A stretch of DNA of 64,000 nt from Hyphomonadaceae bacterium (GCA_033764725.1 JANRIR010000073.1:9972-73971), one strand, 5' to 3'; counted from the first letter of the stretch, positions 31,359-42,231 are shown. A program made the numbers and translations. The notes: a model not told the origin generated them from the letters alone.

Positions 31359-32162
31359 TCAGATCAGGCGCGCGCGAAAAAACGCAATTATTTCCTCGAC
31401 TGCGCGGCGCGTCGGCGAGCCCTGTTCATCGACCAGGTGTGTGGTCACCACCGAATGCGGGCTCTTGAGGAAGGTGTCGGGTTTGGCGGCGGAATCGGGC
31501 AGCGTCACGCCCTCGAAGCGCGGCCCGAAGGTGCGCGACAACGTCTCGAATCGCGCCGCGCGGCACAAGGGATCGCCCGCGAAACGATAGGCGCGGATGG
31601 TCAAATCCTCGCGCTCCAGACGCGCCTTCACCGCCGCCGCATCCTGCGGCGACATCCCCAGCCCGCCCGGCGCGTTCACCGGCAGGGAGGGCTGGCACAT
31701 CACCGGGGCGACGGTTTCGGGCTCGATCATCATGGCCACGGAGAAATTGCCGGAAAAGCACATGCCCAGCGCGCCGACGCCCGCGCCGCCGCACTCGGCC
31801 TTCGCCGTCTTCGCCAGCGCCGTCAGCCAGGCGACGATCGGGCTCGTCTTGCCCTCGGAGAGCAGCGTGAATTCTCGCGCGATGCAGGCCCGCGCCATGG
31901 ACGACAGCGCGTAACCGGCGCCGTTGGGCTGGCCGGGCCGGCCCAGAAGCGACGGCAGATAGACGCGAAAGCCCGCCTCCCGCACCCAGCGGGCGAAGCG
32001 CGCGACTTCCGGGGTGATCCCTGGAATTTCATGGATGATGATGACGCCCGGGCCGGCGCCGGAAACGAACGTGTCGCGCTCCTCGTCATGGAAGCGCAGC
32101 GCGCGTCGCTCGAAATCGCCGAGCCCGTCCCAGATCTCGCTCACGCCGCGCGCCATCGTCAT
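31359..32162 (-). CDS. dienelactone hydrolase family protein (nuoF-nuoG insert)
   Basis: Contains ..GPGVIIIHEIPGITPEVARFARWVREAGFRV.. and a nucleophile-elbow-like GMCFSG. The start is among the Met codons at 32162/32156. Confidence 0.7.
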   Translation of the reverse strand: MTMARGVSEIWDGLGDFERRALRFHDEERDTFVSGAGPGVIIIHEIPGITPEVARFARWVREAGFRVYLPSLLGRPGQPNGAGYALSSMARACIAREFTLLSEGKTSPIVAWLTALAKTAKAECGGAGVGALGMCFSGNFSVAMMIEPETVAPVMCQPSLPVNAPGGLGMSPQDAAAVKARLEREDLTIRAYRFAGDPLCRAARFETLSRTFGPRFEGVTLPDSAAKPDTFLKSPHSVVTTHLVDEQGSPTRRAVEEIIAFFRARLI

Positions 32163-32231
32163 CCTCCGCGCGCGCATGAAGCGCAGGCGGGCGCGGCCGT
32201 GCAAGGGCGGGCTGGTGGGCGCGTCCGGCCC

Positions 32232-32350
32232 GATCGCCCCCTCAGACCGCTTCGCGGCCAGCTCCCCCGTGAACGGGGGAGCAAAGAGGCGCTGTTTCTT
32301 TCCCCGTTTACGGGGGAAGTGGCCGGCGAAGCCGGTCGAAGGGGGCGATC
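32232..32350. repeat. composite palindromic (REP/MITE-like) element: two inverted ~52-nt copies, each with its own hairpin
   Basis: The left copy is GATCGCCCCCTCAGACCGCTTCGCGGCCAGCTCCCCCGTGAACGGGGGAGC. The reverse complement of the right copy is GATCGCCCCCTTCGACCGGCTTCGCCGGCCACTTCCCCCGTAAACGGGGAAAG. A perfect 9-bp hairpin (GCTCCCCCG-TGAA-CGGGGGAGC) lies at 32261-32282. Checked against the translation of ORF 32014..32454. Confidence 0.75.
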
Positions 32351-32369
32351 GAGCGACTACTTTTGCGGT

Positions 32370-32666
32370 CTATATCTTCGTCAGCGCTTCAGGACCGACC
32401 ACCGTGGTCCACTCGCGCACGCGCCAGGACGAGACGACGCCGTTCTGCACGTAAGGATCGCCGGCGGCGAAGGCCTCTGCGACCGCCGGCGTCTCGGCCT
32501 TGAACAGCAGCATGCCTTCAGGCGGGTCCTCCGCGAAGGCGCCGCCCAGCACCAGCTCGCCGCGCGCGACGGCGGCGCCGGCATGGGCGATGTGCGCAGC
32601 CCGAAACGGCCCCCGCCGCTCGCGAAAATCCGCTGGATACACATAGAAGAGAACGAAGTGCTTCAT
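32370..32666 (-). CDS. YciI family protein (nuoF-nuoG insert)
   Basis: MKHFVLFYVYPADFRERRGPFRAAHIAH......GELVLGGAF......GMLLFKAE....EAFAAGDPYVQNGVV..W.VREW is a YciI-like pattern, 98 aa. Confidence 0.8.
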   Translation of the reverse strand: MKHFVLFYVYPADFRERRGPFRAAHIAHAGAAVARGELVLGGAFAEDPPEGMLLFKAETPAVAEAFAAGDPYVQNGVVSSWRVREWTTVVGPEALTKI

Positions 32667-32812
32667 TCGGCGGGGTGGTTGTGCGGCGATCGGGCGGGTG
32701 GGCGCGCCCACAACCGCTTTCTGAGAAGGTCCCAAGCGAACGCAAACGCGCCAAACCCAATCACAAAGGCGGCGAGTTCGAAGAACTGGGCGTTGAGGCC
32801 GAAAACCGTCAT
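32663..32812 (-). CDS. unannotated 49-aa single-TM ORF, translationally coupled on both sides
   Basis: Hand translation gives MTVFGLNAQFFELAAFVIGFGAFAFAWDLLRKRLWARPPARSPHNHPAE. Its ATG (32812-32810) makes an ATGA overlap with the stop of the 80-aa ORF, and its TGA (32665-32663) makes an ATGA overlap with the yciI-like start. It is below the size cutoff of the ORF track. Confidence 0.5.
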   Translation of the reverse strand: MTVFGLNAQFFELAAFVIGFGAFAFAWDLLRKRLWARPPARSPHNHPAE

Positions 32813-33051
32813 GGCCGGTCTTCCATATCACGGACGAGCAAGCATGCAAAAAGATGGGCGCACCATCCGAGAACCACCATGCCCAACCGGACCGGAACGC
32901 TCAATTGCTCGGCGGCGACGGGATTGATCAGGTCGCCGACCAACGCCGTCGCCACCAAAGTGATCGCCACCGCGTTGAATGCAGCCCCGCGCAGCTTGCG
33001 CTGCTCGTTGCGCGCCTCGCGGCCGAGCGGAGCGGACCATGGCTCGTTCAC
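32809..33051 (-). CDS. small membrane protein (about 80 aa) immediately after nuoF
   Basis: This is the C-terminal part of track ORF 32809..33189. A GTG at 33051 sits 3 nt after the nuoF stop. It has a positively charged N-terminus (REARNEQRKLR) and two hydrophobic helices (AAFNAVAITLVATALVGDLI, LGMVVLGWCAHLFACLLV). The start is uncertain. Confidence 0.45.
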   Translation of the reverse strand: MNEPWSAPLGREARNEQRKLRGAAFNAVAITLVATALVGDLINPVAAEQLSVPVRLGMVVLGWCAHLFACLLVRDMEDRP

Positions 33052-33053
33052 AC

Positions 33054-34358
33054 CTACTCCGCGGCGACCATGCGCACCTGGTGGGCGCCCTTGGCGGCGC
33101 GGTAGCGGTCGATACGCTGCTCGATGTCGGCGCGGAAATGGCGGATGAGGCCCTGCACCGGCCACGCCGCCGCATCGCCCAGCGCGCAAATCGTGTGGCC
33201 CTCAACCTGGCCCGCGACGTCGAGCAGAAGATCGATCTCGCGATGCTCCGCCTCGCCGCGCGCCATGCGCTCCAGCACGCGCCACATCCAGCCGGTGCCT
33301 TCGCGGCACGGCGTGCATTGGCCGCAACTTTCATGCTTATAGAAATAAGACAGCCGCGCGATGGCGCGCACGATGTCGGTCGATTGATCCATCACGATCA
33401 CCGCCGCCGTGCCGAGACCGGATTTCACGTCGCGCAGCGCGTCGAAATCCATCAGCACGGTTTCGCAGATGTCGGCGGGGATGCACGGCACCGACGACCC
33501 GCCGGGAATGATCGCCTTGAGATTGCCCCAGCCGCCGCGCACGCCGCCGCAATGCGTCTCGATCAGGGTCTTGAGCGGGATGCTCATCTCCTCTTCGATG
33601 TTGCACGGCCGGTTTACATGGCCTGACACGCAGAACACTTTCGTGCCGGTGTTGTTGGCGCGCCCGAAGCCGGCGAACCATTGCGCGCCGCGGCGCAGGA
33701 TCGTGGGCACGACGGCGATGGATTCGACGTTGTTCACCGTCGTCGGGCAGCCATAAAGGCCCGCATTGGCGGGAAAAGGCGGCTTCAGGCGCGGCTGTCC
33801 CTTCTTGCCTTCGAGACTTTCGAGCAGCGCGGTTTCCTCGCCGCAGATATACGCGCCGGCGCCATGGTGGACGTAGAGATCGAAATCCCAGCCGTGGATG
33901 TTGTTCCTGCCGATCAGCTTCGCGTCATACGCTTCGCGGATCGCGGCCTCGAGAATTTCCCGTTCGCGCACATATTCGCCGCGGATGTAAATATACGCCG
34001 CATGCGCCTGCATCGAAAACGACGCGATGAGGCAGCCCTCGATCAGCAGATGCGGATCGTGGCGCATCATGTCGCGATCTTTGCAGGTGCCCGGCTCGGA
34101 TTCGTCGGCGTTGACCACCAGATAATGCGGCCGCTCCTTCACCTCTTTGGGCATGAAGGACCATTTCAGCCCGGTCGGGAAGCCGGCGCCGCCGCGCCCG
34201 CGCAAGCCGGAATCCTTGACCTGCTGAATGATCCAATCGCGCCCCGCCGCGATCATGTCGGGCGTGGCGTTCCACGCGCCGCGCGCCTTCGCCGCCTCAA
34301 GGCGCCAATCGTGCGCGCCATAGAGATTGAGGAAGATGCGGTCCTTGTCTGCGAGCAT
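33054..34358 (-). CDS. nuoF: NADH-quinone oxidoreductase subunit F
   Basis: 434 aa with [18 protein letters not shown] (FMN/NADH site) and the [12 protein letters not shown] 4Fe-4S motif. Confidence 0.96.
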   Translation of the reverse strand: MLADKDRIFLNLYGAHDWRLEAAKARGAWNATPDMIAAGRDWIIQQVKDSGLRGRGGAGFPTGLKWSFMPKEVKERPHYLVVNADESEPGTCKDRDMMRHDPHLLIEGCLIASFSMQAHAAYIYIRGEYVREREILEAAIREAYDAKLIGRNNIHGWDFDLYVHHGAGAYICGEETALLESLEGKKGQPRLKPPFPANAGLYGCPTTVNNVESIAVVPTILRRGAQWFAGFGRANNTGTKVFCVSGHVNRPCNIEEEMSIPLKTLIETHCGGVRGGWGNLKAIIPGGSSVPCIPADICETVLMDFDALRDVKSGLGTAAVIVMDQSTDIVRAIARLSYFYKHESCGQCTPCREGTGWMWRVLERMARGEAEHREIDLLLDVAGQVEGHTICALGDAAAWPVQGLIRHFRADIEQRIDRYRAAKGAHQVRMVAAE

Positions 34359-34367
34359 CGCGGGATC

Positions 34368-34634
34368 CTAATCCTTCTCGGCCATGCGGCGGAAATGATG
34401 CCGCATGCGCGCGTAGAGCCCATAGAGCAACAGGCCGATCCCCGCCAAGCAGAGCGCGAGCGCCAGATAGCGCAAGCTCGGCGGCCAAGGATCGACGAAA
34501 TAGCGCGACGCGCCCACGCCGACGCCGGCCAGCGCCAGCACGACGCCCGCAAGGCGCGGCCCCGCCGCGACGCGGTTGATCTCGCGGCGATAGGCGGCGC
34601 GGCCTTCCGGTGTGGCGAGATCGGGCGGGCTCAT
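34368..34634 (-). CDS. small membrane protein (nuoE-nuoF insert 2)
   Basis: 88 aa starting at MSPPDLATPEGRAAYRREI, with two TM helices. Its ATG makes an ATGA overlap with the stop of the upstream 83-aa ORF. Confidence 0.55.
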   Translation of the reverse strand: MSPPDLATPEGRAAYRREINRVAAGPRLAGVVLALAGVGVGASRYFVDPWPPSLRYLALALCLAGIGLLLYGLYARMRHHFRRMAEKD

Positions 34635-34882
34635 CGGCGCCCAAAGCTCATCGCGGCGCGCAGCGCAAACCACGCCGCGCCGAACGCCGGCGCCAGCACA
34701 TAGCCGCTCATGATCGGACGATCCTCAATGAGCGCCATGTACGCCGCCGCCCCTGCGCCGCAAGCCGCCAGCATTCCATAAACGATCGCGAAGGCAGGCA
34801 GCGCCGCGCGCGTTGCGTGAGCGTTCGTCTCGAACGGCAGGCGCGTGCGCACCTTCAGCGGCGAGCGCGGCTCTTCGCTCAT
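34631..34882 (-). CDS. small membrane protein (nuoE-nuoF insert 1)
   Basis: 83 aa, MSEEPRSPLKVRTRLPFE.. followed by two TM helices. Its ATG makes an ATGA overlap with the nuoE stop. Confidence 0.55.
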   Translation of the reverse strand: MSEEPRSPLKVRTRLPFETNAHATRAALPAFAIVYGMLAACGAGAAAYMALIEDRPIMSGYVLAPAFGAAWFALRAAMSFGRR

Positions 34883-35532
34883 GGTTTCGCCGGCAGATTC
34901 GGCAGAGTCAGCGGTTGCGCGAGCGCGCCGCTATAGAGCGCGGGATCGGTCAAGGCGGCAGCACCCCCCTCCGGCGCCGACGCCATACGCCCACGCGCGG
35001 AGCCCGGCGCAGGCCGCTCGCCGCGCGCCAACGCGTCGATCAGCCGCTCGAGATCTTCAGCGGTGAGATCTTCATGATAATAGTCATCGATGGCGACGAC
35101 GGGCGCATTCACGCATGCGCCGAGGCATTCCATCTCTTCCCAGGAAAACTCGCCGTCCGCGGTCGGCGTGTGCGCAGGCCCGATGCGGCGCTTGCACAGC
35201 TCGATCAAGGCCTCCGAGCCGCGCAGCATGCACGGCGTGGTGCCGCACACTTGCAGATGATGGCGCCCGACCGGCGCGAGATGAAACATCGTGTAGAATG
35301 TGGCCACTTCGAGCACGCGGATCGTCGGCATGCCGAGCAGCGCTGCGACCGCGCGGATCGCCGGCTCCGAAACCCAGCCTTCCTGCTTCTGCACCAGCCA
35401 CAAGAGCGGGATGACCGCCGATTGCTTGCGCTCGGGCGGATATTTTTCCATCCACCAGCGCGCCTGATCCATGGTCGCGTCCTTGAAGGCGAAGCCAGCG
35501 GGCTGATCGGCGGCCAAACGACGAACGGACAT
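34879..35532 (-). CDS. nuoE: NADH-quinone oxidoreductase subunit E
   Basis: Carries the 2Fe-2S motifs (LQVCGTTPCMLRG, ECLGACVNAP). It has a long Ala/Pro C-terminal tail, common in alphaproteobacteria. Confidence 0.94.
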   Translation of the reverse strand: MSVRRLAADQPAGFAFKDATMDQARWWMEKYPPERKQSAVIPLLWLVQKQEGWVSEPAIRAVAALLGMPTIRVLEVATFYTMFHLAPVGRHHLQVCGTTPCMLRGSEALIELCKRRIGPAHTPTADGEFSWEEMECLGACVNAPVVAIDDYYHEDLTAEDLERLIDALARGERPAPGSARGRMASAPEGGAAALTDPALYSGALAQPLTLPNLPAKP

Positions 35533-35536
35533 GGGC

Positions 35537-35869
35537 TTACCTTGCGAAGTCGCAGCGGGCGATCAGCCCGCCGCGCAGCGTGTAGATGGCGGCGACCTGG
35601 AACCGCTCGCCGCCGGGCGCGCGGACGACGTCCTCGTGGTCGATCACGGTGTCGCCGACAACAATGCGATTCAGAATCGTCGCGCGATTGTGCGGATGTG
35701 TCTTGAACAGCTCCGCATAGCGCGCGCGGACCGCGTCTTTGCCGGCCTGCCGCACGGGACCGTTGAGGTCAGCGAGGATGCAATCGTCCGTGTAGAAGGA
35801 CAGCAGCGCGTCTAGGTCTTGGGCGTTATAGGCGTCGACCTGGGCCTGCACGATATCGGCCGCGCTCAT
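35537..35869 (-). CDS. NTF2/SnoaL-like fold protein (nuoD-nuoE insert)
   Basis: 110 aa. [30 protein letters not shown].. is a SnoaL/NTF2-like N-terminal pattern. The start makes an ATGA overlap with the nuoD stop. Confidence 0.65.
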   Translation of the reverse strand: MSAADIVQAQVDAYNAQDLDALLSFYTDDCILADLNGPVRQAGKDAVRARYAELFKTHPHNRATILNRIVVGDTVIDHEDVVRAPGGERFQVAAIYTLRGGLIARCDFAR

Positions 35870-37071
35870 CGGTCGATCTCACCGAACACGATGTCGAGCG
35901 ACCCCAGAACAGCCGACACGTCGGCCAGCATGTGGCCCTTGCAGAGATAATCCATCGCCGCGAGGTGCGGGTAGCTCGGCGCGCGGATCTTGCAGCGATA
36001 GGGCCGGTTGCCGCCGTCGGCGATGAGATACACGCCGAACTCGCCCTTCGGCGCCTCGACGGCGGCGTAATATTCGCCGGCCGGCACGTGGAACCCTTCG
36101 GTATAGAGCTTGAAATGATGGATGAGCGCCTCCATCGAGCGCTTCATCTCCGCGCGGCGCGGCGGGGCGACCTTGGATTTCTCCGGCATCACGGGCCCCG
36201 GCGTCTCGCGCAGAAGCTTCACGCATTGGAGAATGATCTTGGTGCTCTCCTTCATCTCCTCCATGCGGCACAGATAGCGATCCCAGCAATCGCCGTTCTT
36301 GCCGACCGGAATCTTGAAATCGAGCTCGTCATAGATTTCGTAGGGCTGGCTGCGGCGCAAATCCCAGGCGAGGCCTGAGCCGCGCACCATCACGCCGGAA
36401 AAGCCCCATTTGAAGCAATCCTCCTGCGTGACAACGCCGATATCCACATTGCGCTGCTTGAAGATGCGGTTTTCGGTGATGAGCGCCTCGATATCGTCCA
36501 TCGCCTTGGTGAAGGGGCCGCAGAAGGCTTCGATGTCGTCGATCAGGGCCGGCGTCAAATCCTGATGGACGCCGCCGGGCCGGAAATAGGCCGCATGCAT
36601 CCGCGAGCCGGAGGCGCGCTCATAGAACACCATCATCTTCTCGCGCTCTTCGAAACCCCAGGTGATGGGGGTGAGCGCGCCGACATCCATCGCCTGCGTG
36701 GTGACGTTGAGGATGTGGTTCATCAGCCGGCCGATTTCGGAGAACAGCACGCGGATGATCTTGGCGCGGCGCGGAACTTCGATGTTCGCCAGCTTCTCGA
36801 TCGCCAGGCAAAAGGCGTGCTCCTGATTCATCGGCGCGACGTAATCGAGCCGGTCGAAATAGGGCAGCGCCTGGAGATAGGTCTTGTACTCGATCAGCTT
36901 TTCGGTGCCGCGATGGAGGAGCCCGATATGCGGATCGATGCGCTCGACGACTTCTCCGTCCATCTCCAGCACGAGGCGCAAAACGCCATGCGCGGCCGGG
37001 TGCTGCGGACCAAAATTGATGGTGAAGGTGCGTTTGTCGTCTGGCGCGGCGGGGGTGTAGGTCTCTGACAT
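35866..37071 (-). CDS. nuoD: NADH-quinone oxidoreductase subunit D
   Basis: 401 aa. [22 protein letters not shown] and the C-terminal [13 protein letters not shown] are canonical. Confidence 0.96.
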   Translation of the reverse strand: MSETYTPAAPDDKRTFTINFGPQHPAAHGVLRLVLEMDGEVVERIDPHIGLLHRGTEKLIEYKTYLQALPYFDRLDYVAPMNQEHAFCLAIEKLANIEVPRRAKIIRVLFSEIGRLMNHILNVTTQAMDVGALTPITWGFEEREKMMVFYERASGSRMHAAYFRPGGVHQDLTPALIDDIEAFCGPFTKAMDDIEALITENRIFKQRNVDIGVVTQEDCFKWGFSGVMVRGSGLAWDLRRSQPYEIYDELDFKIPVGKNGDCWDRYLCRMEEMKESTKIILQCVKLLRETPGPVMPEKSKVAPPRRAEMKRSMEALIHHFKLYTEGFHVPAGEYYAAVEAPKGEFGVYLIADGGNRPYRCKIRAPSYPHLAAMDYLCKGHMLADVSAVLGSLDIVFGEIDR

Positions 37072-37072
37072 G

Positions 37073-37747
37073 CTATTCTCGCAATGGTTCGACGGGTGGA
37101 GACGGCTCTCTCCGGTCGATCTGACGGATGCGCCAGTCCATCAGCGACGACACGGCAAACCACACGTAGATGATACAGCACACAAGCGTGACTGACGCGG
37201 CGCCAGAACGTGGCTCAAGCGGATCGTCAATCGTGGGACCAATATCCAGGAGCCATTCTGCGGTGACCCAGGTGGCGACTGCAGCGACAATCCAGACCAG
37301 ACTCGTCCGCCGCAATGCAGAGAACGAATGCCGCAACGCTGCAAAGGTTACGAGTGCAACGGCAAAACCGGCGAAGACAAGCGTTGAAAATTCCTTGCTA
37401 TCTGCGAACCAGTCCTCCCAGGTAACGTTGAAGAGCATGACATCGACACCGACGGCGACGATGATTAAGGTCATCAATACACTGATATACCGTACCAGCC
37501 GTCGCGAAGGCCGATGAGGATCGCCTGCGGTGACGCTCCACAGGTATGCCAATTGCGCGAGTGGAAAAAGCCACATCGTCCACCATGGAACAGACTGACC
37601 AGATCGCGCGGCGATCAGCCATCCCGATGAAAAAGTAAGCGCTGCGGTCGAAACGCCGATGGCTGCGCCTACCAGGCACAACTTTGCCAGCCGCTCTGCT
37701 TTGGCGACGATACGATCTCCGCGCGAGAGGCCGGGCATCGACATCAC
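37073..37747 (-). CDS. polytopic membrane protein of unknown family, lower G+C than neighbours (nuoC-nuoD insert)
   Basis: 224 aa with about 6 hydrophobic segments. The start makes an ATGA overlap with the nuoC stop, and the stop lies 1 nt before the nuoD start. Hand counts of three 60-nt lines give about 48-63% G+C against a visibly richer flank. Confidence 0.6.
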   Translation of the reverse strand: MMSMPGLSRGDRIVAKAERLAKLCLVGAAIGVSTAALTFSSGWLIAARSGQSVPWWTMWLFPLAQLAYLWSVTAGDPHRPSRRLVRYISVLMTLIIVAVGVDVMLFNVTWEDWFADSKEFSTLVFAGFAVALVTFAALRHSFSALRRTSLVWIVAAVATWVTAEWLLDIGPTIDDPLEPRSGAASVTLVCCIIYVWFAVSSLMDWRIRQIDRREPSPPVEPLRE

Positions 37748-38337
37748 CCCGCCTTCTCATCCCCAGGAAGCGTCATCCCCTCCCAAGGGCTGAGAAAATC
37801 GAAATTGCGATACGCCTGCGTCAGCTTCACGGGCTCATACACCACCCGCTCCTGCTCGGGGTCGTAGCGGACCTCGACATAGCCTGTGAGCGGGAATTCC
37901 TTGCGCAGGGGGAAGCCCTCGAAGCCGTAATCGGTCAAGAGCCGGCGCAGGTCCGGGTGGCCGGAGAACAGCACGCCGTACATGTCGAACGTCTCGCGCT
38001 CGAACCAGTCGGCGCTGGGATGCACCCCGGTGACCGAAGGGACCGGCGTTTCGTCATCCGCCTCGATCTTCACGCGCAGGCGCAAATTCCTGCGCATCGA
38101 CAACAGGTGATAGACGACGTCGAAACGCTTCGGCGCGCGCTCGGGATAATCGACGCCGCAGATGTCGATCAAAGTCGTCATCTGCGTGCGCTTGTCGTCG
38201 CGCACGAAGGTCAGCACGGTGACGATGTCGTCCGCCTCCGCCAGCAACGTGAGCTCGCCATGCGCGACGTGATAGCCGCGGATCGCGCGGCCCAGCGCAG
38301 ACGCGATGTGGGCGCCCAGATCGTCCAGCGCGCTCAT
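37744..38337 (-). CDS. nuoC: NADH-quinone oxidoreductase subunit C
   Basis: Starts at [15 protein letters not shown] (residue 138 of ORF 37744..38748). Contains the ..[39 protein letters not shown] signature. It makes an ATGA overlap with the nuoB stop. Confidence 0.94.
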   Translation of the reverse strand: MSALDDLGAHIASALGRAIRGYHVAHGELTLLAEADDIVTVLTFVRDDKRTQMTTLIDICGVDYPERAPKRFDVVYHLLSMRRNLRLRVKIEADDETPVPSVTGVHPSADWFERETFDMYGVLFSGHPDLRRLLTDYGFEGFPLRKEFPLTGYVEVRYDPEQERVVYEPVKLTQAYRNFDFLSPWEGMTLPGDEKAG

Positions 38338-38888
38338 CGGTCGATGTTCCCTTCGCGGCGAATTTTGCGCTGCAATTGCAGGATGCCGTACACCAACGCC
38401 TCCGCGGTCGGCGGGCAGCCGGGCACATAGATATCCACCGGTACGATGCGGTCGCACCCGCGCACCACTGCGTAGCTGTAGTGATAATAGCCGCCGCCGT
38501 TCGCGCACGATCCCATCGAGATCACATAGCGCGGATTGGGCATCTGGTCGTAGACCTTGCGCAGCGCCGGCGCCATCTTGTTGGTCAGCGTGCCGGCCAC
38601 GATCATCAGATCGGACTGGCGCGGGCTGCCCCGCGGCGCTGCGCCGAAACGCTCGAGATCGTAGCGCGGATTGCCCGCATGCATCATCTCGACCGCGCAG
38701 CACGCCAGCCCAAACGTCATCCACATCAAGGAGCCTGTGCGCGCCCAAGTGATGACGTCATCCGCCGCGGCGACAAGAAAGCCTTTGTCGGCGAGTTCAT
38801 TCGACAGGCCCGTGAAGAACGGATCGTCTTCCTTAGCGGGATACCCGCCCTCAACGCCGGCGCGGGCAGGAGTTAGCGTTGAACTCAT
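38334..38888 (-). CDS. nuoB: NADH-quinone oxidoreductase subunit B
   Basis: 184 aa. [20 protein letters not shown] and the VPGCPP cluster N2 ligands are present. Confidence 0.96.
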   Translation of the reverse strand: MSSTLTPARAGVEGGYPAKEDDPFFTGLSNELADKGFLVAAADDVITWARTGSLMWMTFGLACCAVEMMHAGNPRYDLERFGAAPRGSPRQSDLMIVAGTLTNKMAPALRKVYDQMPNPRYVISMGSCANGGGYYHYSYAVVRGCDRIVPVDIYVPGCPPTAEALVYGILQLQRKIRREGNIDR

Positions 38889-38906
38889 GCGAATAACCCC
38901 AAGCGA

Positions 38907-38935
38907 GTCAGTAGGCAGTAGTCAGTAGTCAGTAG
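38907..38935. repeat. heptamer tandem repeat (TCAGTAG-like x4), left arm of an inverted repeat flanking the four-helix-bundle gene
   Basis: The plus strand reads GTCAGTAGGCAGTAGTCAGTAGTCAGTAG. It is complementary at 26 of 29 positions to 39342-39371. Checked against the translation of ORF 38671..38928. Confidence 0.8.
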
Positions 38936-38942
38936 CATGGCT

Positions 38943-39335
38943 CTATCCTGACGGGCTCTGGATGGACCGGATGAGGGAGCGCAGCATTTTGCCAAGTTCA
39001 TCGCTGTCCGACAAAATCTCTCGCACCTGGTCTTCATCGGTGAGTCCTACGCGCGATGTCAGCATAACGTGGGTCTCCAATTCCTTCAGAGAACCATTGG
39101 CGATCCTCAGATATTGCACGAACGTCGCGGTCCCATCACGTCCATACCCTTCCGCGATGTTGGCCGGGATGGAGGCTGCTGCGCGCCGAATTTGGCTGGT
39201 CATGCCGTACGTTTCATCACGCGGGAAACTCTTCGTCAGCACATAGGCCTGCGTGGCGATGCGCATGGCGCTCTGCCAGACCTTGAGGTCGCGATACGAT
39301 TGAACGTCGCTCGACACCTGACCCGCTCGCAGCAA
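38943..39335 (-). CDS. four-helix-bundle protein (23S rRNA intervening-sequence protein / Avd-like family) inserted between nuoA and nuoB
   Basis: ..SYRDLKVWQSAMRIATQAYVLTKSFPRDETYGMTSQIRRAAASIPANIAEGYGR......FVQYLRIANGSLKELETHV is the characteristic pattern of this family. The track start is a TTG at 39335, and a GTG at 39317 is an alternative. G+C is lower than the flanks. Confidence 0.85.
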   Translation of the reverse strand: MLRAGQVSSDVQSYRDLKVWQSAMRIATQAYVLTKSFPRDETYGMTSQIRRAAASIPANIAEGYGRDGTATFVQYLRIANGSLKELETHVMLTSRVGLTDEDQVREILSDSDELGKMLRSLIRSIQSPSG

Positions 39336-39341
39336 CTATTG

Positions 39342-39377
39342 CCTACTGACTAATGCCTACTGACTACTGACTTCTAC
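39342..39377. repeat. degenerate heptamer tandem repeat (CTACTGA-like), right arm of the inverted repeat
   Basis: The plus strand reads CCTACTGACTAATGCCTACTGACTACTGACTTCTAC, running directly into the nuoA stop codon. On the mRNA strand this is a run of NNNNTAG heptamers that puts TAG in all three frames. Checked against the translation of ORF 39069..39353. Confidence 0.8.
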
Positions 39378-39755
39378 CTACTCCCATTCCAACGCTCCCT
39401 TCTTCCATTCGTAGATGAAGCCAACGGTGAGCACGCCCAGAAACGCCATCATCGAGAAGAACGTGAACGCCGCCGCTTCGGGCGGCAGGTTCGTCAGCGT
39501 GATCGCCCAAGGGAACAGGAACGCCACTTCGAGGTCGAAGATGATGAAGAGGATCGACACCAGATAGAAGCGCACGTCGAACTTCATCCGCGCATCGTCG
39601 AAGGCGTTGAAGCCGCACTCATAGGCCGACAGCTTCTCCTTGTCCGGCGCCTTCGGGGCCAGCACCCAGGCGGCCAGGATGAACCCCGCCCCCATCACGC
39701 CCGCGACGCCCAGGAAGATGACGATCGGCAGATAATCCAGAAGGTCGAGCGTCAT
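39378..39755 (-). CDS. nuoA: NADH-quinone oxidoreductase subunit A
   Basis: 125 aa. ..[38 protein letters not shown] is canonical NuoA/ND3. Confidence 0.95.
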   Translation of the reverse strand: MTLDLLDYLPIVIFLGVAGVMGAGFILAAWVLAPKAPDKEKLSAYECGFNAFDDARMKFDVRFYLVSILFIIFDLEVAFLFPWAITLTNLPPEAAAFTFFSMMAFLGVLTVGFIYEWKKGALEWE

Positions 39756-39804
39756 GGGCGTCCCAGCTTGTGCAGGCCGATTGCTGCCGGCGCGAAGGCT
39801 CTAA

Positions 39805-42165
<2,361 letters not shown>

Positions 42166-42190
42166 TCCAAACACACGCGCATCTGCTCTG

Positions 42191-42225
42191 CGCCCGCCCG
42201 GCCTCGCGCCGGGCGGGTTTTTTTT
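42191..42225 (+). terminator. rho-independent terminator of katG
   Basis: 10-bp GC stem CCCGCCCGGC (42193-42202) / GCCGGGCGGG (42208-42217), a 5-nt loop, then a run of 8 T (42218-42225), about 27 nt after the katG stop. Confidence 0.85.
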
Positions 42226-42231
42226 GGGCGC

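Noticed and set aside
42191-42225. The katG terminator acting as a bidirectional terminator that also serves the convergent lipoprotein gene.
   Set aside because: The T-run exists only on the plus strand. On the minus strand the hairpin is followed by GCGCAGAGC, so at best it is a weak structure-only stop for the lipoprotein transcript.
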